A stretch of DNA of 64,000 bases from a virus: positions 32,001 to 96,000 of IMG/VR virus record IMGVR_UViG_3300020424_000002; one strand, given 5' to 3'. Position numbers and translations under genes: made by a program. Every line of letters begins with the position of its first letter. Position 1 is the first letter of the stretch. Under the pieces are notes generated by a model. The model was not told where the DNA came from, did no database searches, and saw nothing but the letters and a program-made list of their open reading frames with translations. Of this stretch, positions 19,216-28,878 are shown one piece after another.

Positions 19216-19254
19216 AGTATATTTATAATTCAAATAACTTAGGATTGACAATCC

Positions 19255-20148
19255 TTACACATCATTTGCAAGTTTTTGGAAGTATGAGATTGACTCATCT
19301 TCATCTACATCTGTTGTAGCAGTTGTAGGTTCTGCAACTGTTGGTTCTGGACTTGGAAATGCAACATCATCAAAGTCTGATGCAGTTGAAGCTGCAGTAG
19401 CAGTCGATGCTGTCATTCCTAAAACTCTGTCGAGTTTTTGTTTCAGTTCATCATAAGATTTGAACTGGTCTGGTGCAATCACCTCTTGTAGAGAATGTTG
19501 ACTATTCCAAACTGCTTCCAATTTTGCATCATCATCTGATAATGGTTTTGGAGTTGCAAACTCAGACTTATCATAGTTCCAGTAACCATCTACTTTACGA
19601 ACTTTAATTTTAAAGTCTGCACCTTCCCACAAATCAAAAGGATTCATTGGTGTTTCATCCTCAAATTGTGGTTGCATTTTGTCTTTCAACATTTCAAAGA
19701 TTTTCTTCCCATATCTGAACAGTTTGACTTGTCCTTCATTCTCTGGATGTGTTGGGTCAGAAACTACAAGAACATTAGACACATAGTGCAATCTTCTTTT
19801 TTGTTTCCTAGCAATATCTTTGTTTGCCTCTAATCCAGTATTCCACAATTCAGTATTGTGTTCTGATACTGGGTCTTTTTGATTAAGAGTAGTCAATGAC
19901 TTCTCTATATACCATCCACCTGGCCCTTGAAAACCATGGTCGAAGTATTGTACCCAAGGCATATCCTCACCTTGAGACGCAGGTAAAAATCTCACAACAG
20001 CATAACCATTACCAGTCTTATCTAAATCGATTTTCCAGTATCGGTCATCATTGTAGGATTTTGCTTCAGTTCCACCAGAAGTAGTTTCTAGTGTTTTTTG
20101 TAAGGTGTCGAATCCACCTCTAGATTTTTTTAAGTCTTGAAATGACAT
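19255..20148 (-). CDS. gp32: Single-stranded DNA-binding protein gp32
   Basis: DDRYWK..DKTGNGYAVVRFLP, HGFQGPGGWYIE, YGKKIF, NPFDLWEGADFK.K, NYDKSEF, acidic tail. Confidence 0.97.
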   Translation of the reverse strand: MSFQDLKKSRGGFDTLQKTLETTSGGTEAKSYNDDRYWKIDLDKTGNGYAVVRFLPASQGEDMPWVQYFDHGFQGPGGWYIEKSLTTLNQKDPVSEHNTELWNTGLEANKDIARKQKRRLHYVSNVLVVSDPTHPENEGQVKLFRYGKKIFEMLKDKMQPQFEDETPMNPFDLWEGADFKIKVRKVDGYWNYDKSEFATPKPLSDDDAKLEAVWNSQHSLQEVIAPDQFKSYDELKQKLDRVLGMTASTATAASTASDFDDVAFPSPEPTVAEPTTATTDVDEDESISYFQKLANDV

Positions 20149-20196
20149 AATTATATCCTCGTATTAGCATTATATTTGCATTTTATTATTATTGTA

Positions 20197-20991
20197 TTAG
20201 AACAAGTATTCATCCAATGGAGAAACACTTAATTCATCCTTCATTATATAATAGTCTATGTTTGGAAATATGTCAACTAAAGTTTTTAGTTGGTCTGTCT
20301 GGGATATCCAACCTTGGTCACCAGTCTCAACAAGTCTGTTGTTTTCTGGGTCGTCTTCTGTCCCATAACATCGAGTTCCAGCATAGATGTTATTATATTT
20401 AGTCGAATCGTAATTCCAAACAGAATCAAATCCAACAAAAACTACATTATTGTAGTCGTGGTTCATTGATGCCATTGCAGCTGCAGTAGTACCAGCAAAC
20501 CAATTCTCAAATATGTGGTAGTCATGTTCTGGGCCACATACTTTTGAAATCTTGTAGTCATCCTCTATTCCTATTGCTTGCATTTCTAGGATACCAACAT
20601 TACCATTACCCTTTCCATGCATAGTCACTTTAGAATGACTTGGGTCTATCCATTCTCTCACTGGTACACCCATTGTTTCTTTTATTACATTATATTCTTC
20701 AAATCCTAATGGGTCATCCCATTCTCCAGAGAAGTAACATTTATTAAGTTTAGGATATCTAGACTCACAACATTCACCCATAATACTAACATCTACAATT
20801 GTGAGGTAGTCTGGAGTATAGTCTCTAAACAGTGCATTACACCCCCATATGTCCCCGCTAAGGACATTTAGGTCTAATCCTTGTCTAGATGTCCCATTAC
20901 CTATAATATATGCTGTATGACCACCATCTAGGTTCAGATATGAGTACATATCTGGTCTTAATTCTTCTGCTACGATTGCATCAACTGTCAT
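20197..20991 (-). CDS. Hypothetical Rossmann-like protein (sialyltransferase/MptE-like fold)
   Basis: IIGNGTSR, GCNALFRD..PDYL..VD, FVGFD. Confidence 0.5.
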   Translation of the reverse strand: MTVDAIVAEELRPDMYSYLNLDGGHTAYIIGNGTSRQGLDLNVLSGDIWGCNALFRDYTPDYLTIVDVSIMGECCESRYPKLNKCYFSGEWDDPLGFEEYNVIKETMGVPVREWIDPSHSKVTMHGKGNGNVGILEMQAIGIEDDYKISKVCGPEHDYHIFENWFAGTTAAAMASMNHDYNNVVFVGFDSVWNYDSTKYNNIYAGTRCYGTEDDPENNRLVETGDQGWISQTDQLKTLVDIFPNIDYYIMKDELSVSPLDEYLF

Positions 20992-21592
20992 ATATTTCTA
21001 ATACTTTTTCTTTTAACTTTTTATTGTTATATCCAATAAATCCTTGAGTCTTTTGTATCCTTCTTTGTAATTCTGGCCAAACATACTTTTCAGTTATGTT
21101 TACGCTGGAACTCCATCGTATGAGGGAATCGAGTAATACTCCAGTGGCAAAGGATATGGACTTGGATAAAATAGAGGAGACAATGATAGGATGACTAGAG
21201 CTATCAGTACTAAATAAATTGTCCAATACTCCTTCAAGTGAGTTAAGATATCTGATATCTTTCTCAAAACAGTAGAGTAAAGATTGGTTGTATTTTTTCC
21301 ATTCTGTGTAGTTTTCTTTTGCTTCTTCACCAAATAAGTCTCCTATCCAATAGTCTTTGTACATAAAGTTTGCAATGTAAAAGTCTTTAAGGTTTTCTCC
21401 ATGTTGTTTTCGTAATTTAGAAAACTGGAACTTATCAGACCTTTTGAGATAACTCTCAAACGATGCACTAACTTTACCATTATACTTGTTAAAATCATAA
21501 TCTGAATTGTAATGTAATTTGATACCAAGGTATAACTGATACGATTCATATCCGAACCTTGCATTGACATTTTCATAACCATGCCAACTCAC
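20981..21592 (-). CDS. gp59: Helicase loader gp59
   Basis: Y..YL.IKLH...YDF.KY.GK, F..R.D..QF.KL; upstream of gp32. Confidence 0.85.
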   Translation of the reverse strand: MSWHGYENVNARFGYESYQLYLGIKLHYNSDYDFNKYNGKVSASFESYLKRSDKFQFSKLRKQHGENLKDFYIANFMYKDYWIGDLFGEEAKENYTEWKKYNQSLLYCFEKDIRYLNSLEGVLDNLFSTDSSSHPIIVSSILSKSISFATGVLLDSLIRWSSSVNITEKYVWPELQRRIQKTQGFIGYNNKKLKEKVLEIYDS

Positions 21593-21594
21593 TA

Positions 21595-21870
21595 TTAATA
21601 CCTTCCACTTCTTTTGTAAGCTTCCAAGGCTTGTTCTTCACGAATCTTATCAATCTTAATCTTTCTCTTCCATGCATTGATTTTCTTTTGTCTTCTTGAA
21701 GAAGGTTTTTCATAATATTGTCTCTCACGAACCTCTGCAACAACACCACTTCGTTCACATTTCTTTTTGAATCGTCTCATTAAGACATCAAATGGTGGTG
21801 GGCCTGATGGTTTTTTGGGTTTTCTTCCCCATTCTTTTGACCTTTGTGGTCTTCGATTATAATGTTTCAT
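21595..21870 (-). CDS. rpsU: Ribosomal protein bS21
   Basis: [27 protein letters not shown]. Confidence 0.88.
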   Translation of the reverse strand: MKHYNRRPQRSKEWGRKPKKPSGPPPFDVLMRRFKKKCERSGVVAEVRERQYYEKPSSRRQKKINAWKRKIKIDKIREEQALEAYKRSGRY

Positions 21871-22097
21871 ATTGGTAGTTTACCTTTTCCTCGTTTTGCA
21901 TTTGGTTTTAACATATTATAAGATATTGCATCATTCTCTATTTTTTCTTTTAGAGGTGGTGTTATCAAATTCTTTACTGACTCTGGGTCTAGATGTTCTT
22001 TTTCACAATAGTATATTATTGCATCGATATAGTTTAATCCTTTTTGCAATACAACAGTTTCTATGGCTTCTGCAAATCTTTTTTTAGTGAGTATCAT
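21867..22097 (-). CDS. gp33: Late transcription coactivator gp33
   Basis: F...IE..V....NYIDAI..YCE....E.V..LI..PLKEKIE. Confidence 0.9.
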   Translation of the reverse strand: MILTKKRFAEAIETVVLQKGLNYIDAIIYYCEKEHLDPESVKNLITPPLKEKIENDAISYNMLKPNAKRGKGKLPI

Positions 22098-22486
22098 GCC
22101 TCTTTATCGATATCCCATTTAATTCTTTTTTCATAGTTTGGTTTCTTCAACCTTGAGTCCATTTTCTCTATTCTTTGTTGTGTTCTATATGCAGATACCC
22201 AGTTACCGCCATTCCTTTCTGCTTCTTTAAATATGTAATTAGTTATCATGATTGGTATGAGGACTGCCATGTGAATTATGATTGACCAAACGATACTATA
22301 TCCTATCCAGTTCATCCAGTGCAGTGCAACTACACCAAAATAACAAGACCACATTATGAATAATGCAAGGGTAAAGTATGATTGAATTGAAGGGTCGTGT
22401 ATGTGTCTTAAAGGATTGTATCGATTGTCCATTACAACTCTCCAACAATCAATAACAAAAAACACCAGTCTTTTTAAAATATCCAT
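22094..22486 (-). CDS. Hypothetical membrane protein
   Basis: VMD.RYNPLRHI.D..Q....L..MW, two TM helices; TTGACA-N16-TATAAT promoter at 22493-520. Confidence 0.65.
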   Translation of the reverse strand: MDILKRLVFFVIDCWRVVMDNRYNPLRHIHDPSIQSYFTLALFIMWSCYFGVVALHWMNWIGYSIVWSIIIHMAVLIPIMITNYIFKEAERNGGNWVSAYRTQQRIEKMDSRLKKPNYEKRIKWDIDKEA

Positions 22487-22524
22487 AATATAATTATACT
22501 ACCAAACTCTATATTGTCAAGTCT

Positions 22525-22974
22525 TTAATATCCATATCCATTTGGGTCTTCCCATCTACCCTGTTGGTTATGTTTTCTATGTGCAGTTTTTTCTTCCCAG
22601 TTTTCTATTGCTCGTTTGATTCCTTCTTCTGCAAGGACTGAACAGTGCAGTTTGATTGCAGGCAATTCAAGAGCATCTGCAATTTCTTTATCTTTAATAA
22701 GTTTTGCTTGTTCAATTGTTTTACCTTTAAGCATTTCAACAAACATTGTTGATGATGCAATAGCAGAACCACATCCATAAGTTTTGAACTTGACATCTTC
22801 AATTAAATCTCCATTCATTTTAAGGTCGAGTTTCATAACATCACCACACGCAGGAGCTCCAACTAATCCAGTTGCAACATTAGGGTCTTTAGGGTCGAAC
22901 CTACCGACTGCATGTTTCTCTGGATTGTTTAGAACATCTTCGAATCTTTGTACAACTTTTTTACTATATGCCAT
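22525..22974 (-). CDS. iscU: Fe-S cluster scaffold IscU/NifU-N
   Basis: GAPACGDVMKL, FKTYGCGSAIASS, LELPAIKLHCSVLAE. Confidence 0.95.
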   Translation of the reverse strand: MAYSKKVVQRFEDVLNNPEKHAVGRFDPKDPNVATGLVGAPACGDVMKLDLKMNGDLIEDVKFKTYGCGSAIASSTMFVEMLKGKTIEQAKLIKDKEIADALELPAIKLHCSVLAEEGIKRAIENWEEKTAHRKHNQQGRWEDPNGYGY

Positions 22975-23089
22975 GATTTTTTTAAAAATTAAGATTATAA
23001 CTATTATAAATATAAATGATAATTATCTATAACCAGATAGTATATCACTATTTTTAACCCTAAAACTATTTATAAGGAGAACAATTCTC

Positions 23090-23227
23090 ATGATGAGTGC
23101 TGTTAATTATATTATTGAACATCGATGCGAAATTTGTGAAAAAATAAGAGAAGCTTTTTCATTTTCTTTTTTCATGTTGGCACCAATTGCAATACCATTT
23201 TTAATAATGTGGATGGCTAGTCACTAG
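23090..23227 (+). CDS. 45-aa single-TM protein (not in ORF track)
   Basis: SD AAGGAG; MMSAVNYIIEHRCEICEKIREAFSFSFFMLAPIAIPFLIMWMASH; TATAAATA at 23005-12. Confidence 0.65.
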   Translation: MMSAVNYIIEHRCEICEKIREAFSFSFFMLAPIAIPFLIMWMASH

Positions 23228-23898
23228 TAACCATACATCCCTTTATAACTATCTCTAAGTTCTAATAACTTAGTGTGGTAAACTTCACTCGGTTTTTCTA
23301 TGAACAACTGACTTGTCCCATTACTCACTGCTATTAAGGTGATAATGTTCTCTACCTTCTTACCAGTTAAATCTTCAAACATTTTTGCATATGCAGTTTC
23401 TTGTATAAAATAGTTTTGTATCCATTCTGTCTTTTTTGGTTTTGCACTGGTTTTAAAATCAATGACTGATATCTCACCTTCCCACTCTGCAATACAATCT
23501 ACTCTACCAGCAAGTTGTAGGTTATGTGAATAAAGTGGTGATTCAAGTGCATGAACAGTTCCAATCTGATTTAATTCTTTTTCTACCGAAATAAATGCTT
23601 GTTGTGTAGTGGGCATTGCACCCTTAAACTTTTCTTCAAAGTTATCATTTCTAATATAGTCTTCGAATAGTTGGTGTGCAGATGTTCCATGTCTTGCAGC
23701 TTGAGTTGATATCTTGTTTGCTTGTTTTTCACCAACTTTTTTTCTCCACTTCTTAATTGCTTCTTTATTTAAAAGTCCAGTAACCGATGTCACTGATGGA
23801 TACTTCTCACCAGTTGGTGTGATATAGTATCGTTTACCATCTATATTTTCTGTAGGTAATGATTGAAAATCATAATCTAATATTTCAAAGGTCTTCAT
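23224..23898 (-). CDS. PD-(D/E)XK exonuclease (Cas4/lambda-exo-like)
   Basis: YPSVTSV, W..KVG, GT..H, AGRVDCIAE, IDFKTS, YF.Q..AYA. Confidence 0.88.
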   Translation of the reverse strand: MKTFEILDYDFQSLPTENIDGKRYYITPTGEKYPSVTSVTGLLNKEAIKKWRKKVGEKQANKISTQAARHGTSAHQLFEDYIRNDNFEEKFKGAMPTTQQAFISVEKELNQIGTVHALESPLYSHNLQLAGRVDCIAEWEGEISVIDFKTSAKPKKTEWIQNYFIQETAYAKMFEDLTGKKVENIITLIAVSNGTSQLFIEKPSEVYHTKLLELRDSYKGMYGY

Positions 23899-24122
23899 GG
23901 AAATATTCTTTGTGGTTTTACATCCTCTGTCATTGCATCAAGTTCATTTATATCATGTTTACCATGAATTGTGACCTTAAATGTATCATCTGCTTTAATA
24001 AACTCTACCTCAAATGGTAGGTCATAACCTTTACCTTGTAGAATTGCAACTCTATCATTAAACTCTCTGTATTCGTCTCTTGTTAGTATTGTAGGTTTAA
24101 GTTCCATCATTATAACTCCCAT
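23895..24122 (-). CDS. Hypothetical protein
   Basis: Tightly packed ORF. Confidence 0.55.
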   Translation of the reverse strand: MGVIMMELKPTILTRDEYREFNDRVAILQGKGYDLPFEVEFIKADDTFKVTIHGKHDINELDAMTEDVKPQRIFP

Positions 24123-24693
24123 ATTCTTTACTTCCTATTGGCCCTGTATATGCAATATCAAATGATATTGAATATGATGGTTTATGACTATGCCATACCA
24201 CTGAATGTCCTATCCAAGATGGATGTATAATCACTTTACCTTTAGGCATATTAGTAAAAGGTGTGTAATCTTGATTAAAATCCGAAGGTTTTTCAACTTC
24301 TGGAAAATACATGTTTTGATATCCAGCATTAGGATTTACATAATATGTAGTATGTCCAGCATCTTCTGGAAAAAATGTTCCAGCCCATGAACAATTTTGA
24401 TGCCAATGAACTGGTAATGCGCTTCTAGTTTCATCATATACATTTAACCATAACTGATTAATTTTCATAGGTTGTTTAACAAAACCTACTTCAACTATTA
24501 AATTATTTGCACACTCTAATATCTTTTCCTCTAATTCTGGTAAATCTAAATCTAATACATTAGAATTAACAACACCTTTTCTATTATGTCCATCTACAAA
24601 TTTTTCATCTTTTGGTATTTCATATTCGTAATCAATATCACCAAGAAAAAATGGTGTTTGAAACATTCCTAGTACAGATTCATTCTCTTTCAT
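24097..24693 (-). CDS. 2OG-Fe(II) oxygenase-like protein
   Basis: W.N, HWH..CSW.G.F, PKG..II.PSW..HSV, SISF. Confidence 0.75.
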   Translation of the reverse strand: MKENESVLGMFQTPFFLGDIDYEYEIPKDEKFVDGHNRKGVVNSNVLDLDLPELEEKILECANNLIVEVGFVKQPMKINQLWLNVYDETRSALPVHWHQNCSWAGTFFPEDAGHTTYYVNPNAGYQNMYFPEVEKPSDFNQDYTPFTNMPKGKVIIHPSWIGHSVVWHSHKPSYSISFDIAYTGPIGSKEYGSYNDGT

Positions 24694-25252
24694 GTTTCAA
24701 ATCTTTACAGATTGCTTTATATGTACCAACCTGTTCTCCAGTTTCAACCACTCGTTGAACTCCTGTTTCAGTTATAATACCATCGTTGTTTACAAATGAT
24801 GTATTTTCTGTCTCTAGTGTTTGACCTACTAATATAGCTTTATCATAGGTATGACTAATTTCTATCATAGGACAAAATCTTCTCATTGCAAATAAACAAT
24901 TAAGACCAGCAGTTGCATCACTAATAGCTCCTCTTGCAGGCCCACCCATTTTTGTCCTAGGGTTGTTTTCCACTGAATGAAATTCTTTTACAGTTAAAAG
25001 AGTAATAAATCCTTGTGCTTGTCCTTCTTCAACTCTGACTCTCCATCCCCAAAAGAAATCTGGGTCAATCCAGTTACATGATATCATTTGATTAAATGCA
25101 GAAGGTCTATTTTGTTTTTGGGTTTGAGAAAAGACACCTTCTCCTTTAATCAATCCCCTATCTTTTGATTGGGCTTTCATAGTTTCTATTAAAGTCTCAT
25201 CACTTGCAAAGGGACTAAATCCTTCATTTTTTATATATTCTTTTATATTCAT
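24680..25252 (-). CDS. Hotdog-fold (PaaI-like) thioesterase
   Basis: N.....GG.....D...G helix motif followed by hotdog beta strands. Confidence 0.5.
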   Translation of the reverse strand: MNIKEYIKNEGFSPFASDETLIETMKAQSKDRGLIKGEGVFSQTQKQNRPSAFNQMISCNWIDPDFFWGWRVRVEEGQAQGFITLLTVKEFHSVENNPRTKMGGPARGAISDATAGLNCLFAMRRFCPMIEISHTYDKAILVGQTLETENTSFVNNDGIITETGVQRVVETGEQVGTYKAICKDLKHERE

Positions 25253-25575
25253 TCTTTTATTATACCTTGTCTTTTTTGAATCTCTACATGTTTTTTAATG
25301 ACTTCATCTGTCTTAACTTCTTTTGCACTTCTTCTACGATGTGTCTTTGCAAGTTCTGACCTAGGATGTTTATCTGCAACTTTAGACAACACCTCATTAA
25401 ATCCACCAGACTTACCAAAATCAGTTCTTGAACCAACATTTGATACAATGTTAGGTGATGAAATTCTTTTTTCAAGATGTGGATTGTCTTCTGCAAACTT
25501 ATCTAAGTCTTTATAAGACATTCTATGTTCTTCCATTTCATCTGTTTTGGTATTGTAGAATTCATATGTAGGCAT
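25249..25575 (-). CDS. FmdB-like (Cys-less) small protein
   Basis: MPTYEF.N..T.E..E, NPHL, GFNEVLSKV. Confidence 0.6.
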   Translation of the reverse strand: MPTYEFYNTKTDEMEEHRMSYKDLDKFAEDNPHLEKRISSPNIVSNVGSRTDFGKSGGFNEVLSKVADKHPRSELAKTHRRRSAKEVKTDEVIKKHVEIQKRQGIIKE

Positions 25576-26138
25576 TATGATGCGTATCCAGCGTGTGTTT
25601 CAAAATTCATAAACTCTGGCACTGGTCTATTAGTCCACTTTGCAAAGTCTTTCTTGTAGTTTATATAGTAGTTCTTATATGCTTCTACTACATTTGTTTG
25701 TTTGACATCATCTGGCATTGCAAGATATGGGTCAACATATGGTTCTACATCAATTTGCATTGGTGCAGACTGTAACATTTCTCTGAGTTTTTTATCTGTT
25801 AGATGCACTTTACCATAACGATGTGTATACTCATCACATAGATGTGTCCACATTTGATATAACCAGTTGTAATGATTCTGTGATGCTCTAACCCATAAAT
25901 TACTAGGATGTTTCACATGGGATGCTTTGTATAAAGTTTTTTCCATTTTAGGTAGTGGATGTTTCCATCTTTGTATTCTACGACCACCTAGAGTCTGAGA
26001 TACATATGGGTCTCCATCAATAACACGATGTGCAGTTGACATCAACTGTGCATATTCGATAATCATTTTGACCACATGTTTATCACAATGCATTTCTGCA
26101 CATGTTTTTGGGTCTTTGTCTAAGTAAAAAATATTCAT
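25575..26138 (-). CDS. Pyrimidine-dimer DNA glycosylase-like protein
   Basis: MNIFYLD.DP..CA..HCDKHVVKM..E..Q..ST.H, LYK..H..HP...W, EY..RYGK.H, AMPD. Confidence 0.8.
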   Translation of the reverse strand: MNIFYLDKDPKTCAEMHCDKHVVKMIIEYAQLMSTAHRVIDGDPYVSQTLGGRRIQRWKHPLPKMEKTLYKASHVKHPSNLWVRASQNHYNWLYQMWTHLCDEYTHRYGKVHLTDKKLREMLQSAPMQIDVEPYVDPYLAMPDDVKQTNVVEAYKNYYINYKKDFAKWTNRPVPEFMNFETHAGYAS

Positions 26139-26159
26139 AATATAATTATAACCTCATAG

Positions 26160-26933
26160 TTATTTTTTGTCAAAGAAAAAAGTTGCAGAGTTTCTAGGAA
26201 AAGGTGCTTCCCAAGATACACCTGTCACTTTATGAAATATATCTCCACGAAATACCACTGCACTACCACCTTTTGGACATGCAGTTGCACGAACAAAGTC
26301 TATATCGTCATTCCAAAACAAAGTTTCTCCACCCCATTTTCTTAAATCCCATATGTCTGTTGGATTAAGATAAACTATTGCACTGTAATCCATGTAATCT
26401 TGATGAGCCCAACTAGAATCTCCATGTTGAAATGCATGGACATAACAGTTATTGTAATCTTTTACTTCAAGACCTAATGCCTCTTCAAAATGTGGTTTAA
26501 AAGTATTCCATATCTCATCAACTGTATTATGCACTACTGGATGATGTTTAAATATATCTACAGGTAATCCCCATTCTTGACCTTCTTTATCCCAGTATGC
26601 TTCATTACCATCGTCTTTTTGTTTGTATGCTCTTCCAGCTGCTTTTGTAAATGCTTCTTGACTTCGAGATACATTCATATACCAAGTATTTTTTTCTAAT
26701 GTGCCTGTTATCTTATTAGAAAAACCACCTTCCTCTCTTATTTTTTTTATCATTTCTGGGTCACCAGTTTTATCCATACTAGGATGTGGTGGATTACCAC
26801 CATATGCAAGAAATCCTTGTATAAATGAACCATGATTGTATAAATCAGTCCACCACTTTGCAACTCTTCCTTGTTGTTCAACATCGTCAATAAGAAATAT
26901 TTCTTCACCCATTAAGTCTATATTCTTATGCAT
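26160..26933 (-). CDS. 2OG-Fe(II) oxygenase (prolyl-hydroxylase-like)
   Basis: H.D (HQD), YLN..W...WGGET.F, FRG...H, R. Confidence 0.85.
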   Translation of the reverse strand: MHKNIDLMGEEIFLIDDVEQQGRVAKWWTDLYNHGSFIQGFLAYGGNPPHPSMDKTGDPEMIKKIREEGGFSNKITGTLEKNTWYMNVSRSQEAFTKAAGRAYKQKDDGNEAYWDKEGQEWGLPVDIFKHHPVVHNTVDEIWNTFKPHFEEALGLEVKDYNNCYVHAFQHGDSSWAHQDYMDYSAIVYLNPTDIWDLRKWGGETLFWNDDIDFVRATACPKGGSAVVFRGDIFHKVTGVSWEAPFPRNSATFFFDKK

Positions 26934-27255
26934 TTGCTAATCTCTTTTCTTTTCTTTTTCTTGCAACTTCTCGTTTTTTTAATTGTGCTTGAACGATAAT
27001 TCGTTCTTTCTTATTGAGACAACTAATATCTTTAGGGCCCCAGACTGTACCAATACGAGTTAGTTTATCACATGCAGTTAACATATGATTCCATACATCA
27101 TCTTCTGCACTTCCATTTCTATCTGTTTCGAATTCTTTTCTACTGAATCGTAGAGAGGTTGTTTTGTTCTTTTCTGCATACTTAGAGATTTCTCTACCTA
27201 GTTCTGCATAAAACATTTCTTTTGGTGTAATATCGTAATTACTAAATTTGTTCAT
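26926..27255 (-). CDS. Hypothetical early protein
   Basis: Downstream of GGTACA promoter; SD AGGA. Confidence 0.6.
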   Translation of the reverse strand: MNKFSNYDITPKEMFYAELGREISKYAEKNKTTSLRFSRKEFETDRNGSAEDDVWNHMLTACDKLTRIGTVWGPKDISCLNKKERIIVQAQLKKREVARKRKEKRLANA

Positions 27256-27288
27256 AATATAGTCCTATCATAGTATAAAATGGGTTTT

Positions 27289-27318
27289 AGTATATCAAAA
27301 AATGTACCTATAAATCAA
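27289..27318 (-). promoter_or_regulatory. Sigma70-type promoter with GGTACA box
   Basis: TTGATT-N4-GGTACA-N8-TATACT. Confidence 0.7.
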
Positions 27319-27320
27319 AT

Positions 27321-27740
27321 TTATTTTTCTGGAAACAGTTGAATAACATTATCCTTACTTTTAGGTTTTTCTTTTGATTCTTGTTTATCTTGTTCATCAA
27401 TTTCTTTTTGTAGTTCTGGTGGGATAGAATAACCTAAATTATTAAGATAGTCTCCTAGGATATATGGGTCTAACATATCTTGATTCCACTCTTGTTCTTG
27501 TAGTAAATCATGACCATCTTCTTGTATTAAGTTCTGTCTACTTCTGAGATAGGTGTCACATATCATTGAAAGATGTGTAACTGCTTTGTAAAGTGATAAC
27601 CAATCGTTACTCATTTGGATTGAATTATCATAATCATCTGCAAATGCAATTGACATTTTTTTGAACCATCCATCATCACTATTGACAATCAATGCAATGT
27701 CTCCTCTTTTGAGTTTAAGAATATGTTCTTTATCTGTCAT
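27321..27740 (-). CDS. Hypothetical protein
   Basis: Ends in the NVIQLFP motif common in phage proteins. Confidence 0.6.
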   Translation of the reverse strand: MTDKEHILKLKRGDIALIVNSDDGWFKKMSIAFADDYDNSIQMSNDWLSLYKAVTHLSMICDTYLRSRQNLIQEDGHDLLQEQEWNQDMLDPYILGDYLNNLGYSIPPELQKEIDEQDKQESKEKPKSKDNVIQLFPEK

Positions 27741-27742
27741 AT

Positions 27743-28876
27743 TTAACTGATATTTTTACCAAATTCTACTTGTACTGAGTCTGGTATTACTTGAGTTCCA
27801 TCATTAAACCCTGCTTCATCTGGAAAGTGTTGTTTCATATCAATACCACCTTCTAAATTTTGATTACTAGTATGTTGAGCTATTATTGGATGTCCAGCTG
27901 GTAATCCAAAAACACCACTATCGATATCTTGTAATGTAGTTTCTACTCTTGCACCACCTACAAAGTTATAACATTCTTTTAGCACTCTTGCTTGTCCTAT
28001 TACCTGTGGTGTATGTGTTACCCAAATATTATCTTGTTTTGAACTTCTTCCATATCCATTTGCAATACACCAGTTATCAACTTCACTTGTAATTGCAGTG
28101 TTATCATTCTTTACCCACTCCATTTTATATTTCATGCCAGCACCAGATACTAAAAAATCATTCATACATGTTAGTTTTGTAATATATGTTTCACCAGCTG
28201 TGTCTTGTTGAAGATGTCTCTCTGTATCATTTGGTGCTGGATATTCACCTGTTGTACCTTGGAATTTTGAAGCTGCATATTGTTCATCTGTTGTTGCTAA
28301 TGGGCCTTCTGATATTCTTGCTCTTGTTCTTTTTGCAACTGTGGCTTCTGGATTAACTTCATTACACATTGCTTTTTTGTAATCAGATGCATATCTCCAG
28401 CATACACCTTTCTTAATAGAAGTAAATTCATCATCTTTAGTAACTTCTGTATCACCTATCCAAAAAGTAGTAGGTATTGAATATGCATCAAGTCCAGAGT
28501 TTCCTACCCACATACCAGCACCATAATTTGCAGTGTCATTTTCGTCCTCACCACTTAATGCTGGAATAACACCCATGGGTTTTCCATCTGAATTTTGTGA
28601 ACCTGTAACATTAAGTTGTTCTGGTAATTCTTCTACTTTGTTATAGTTTCTTTGTGAATCTACAAAAAACTTACCATCATATGCACTGTTATCTTTAAAC
28701 TTACCATCACGAACTATTGAACCTTCGTAATGTGTTTTCCATAATGCTCTAAAATCTGCATCTGAACATGGAGTTACATGTCCTTCATTGGAAGTAAATG
28801 TTGCCATGGATTTTAATTCATATGAATTGTCTTCTACCCATGAAGGAATAGTTTGTCCTATTGCATCTGTAGCCAT
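27743..28876 (-). CDS. Hypothetical 377-aa protein
   Basis: Long ORF with typical codon usage and SD GAGG; no family recognised. Confidence 0.6.
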   Translation of the reverse strand: MATDAIGQTIPSWVEDNSYELKSMATFTSNEGHVTPCSDADFRALWKTHYEGSIVRDGKFKDNSAYDGKFFVDSQRNYNKVEELPEQLNVTGSQNSDGKPMGVIPALSGEDENDTANYGAGMWVGNSGLDAYSIPTTFWIGDTEVTKDDEFTSIKKGVCWRYASDYKKAMCNEVNPEATVAKRTRARISEGPLATTDEQYAASKFQGTTGEYPAPNDTERHLQQDTAGETYITKLTCMNDFLVSGAGMKYKMEWVKNDNTAITSEVDNWCIANGYGRSSKQDNIWVTHTPQVIGQARVLKECYNFVGGARVETTLQDIDSGVFGLPAGHPIIAQHTSNQNLEGGIDMKQHFPDEAGFNDGTQVIPDSVQVEFGKNIS

Positions 28877-28878
28877 AA

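Noticed and set aside
23224-23898. Cas4 / CRISPR system
   Set aside because: Common T4-like exonuclease lacking the Fe-S cysteine set; no repeat-spacer array seen; the 11-mer repeats are too short and irregularly spaced
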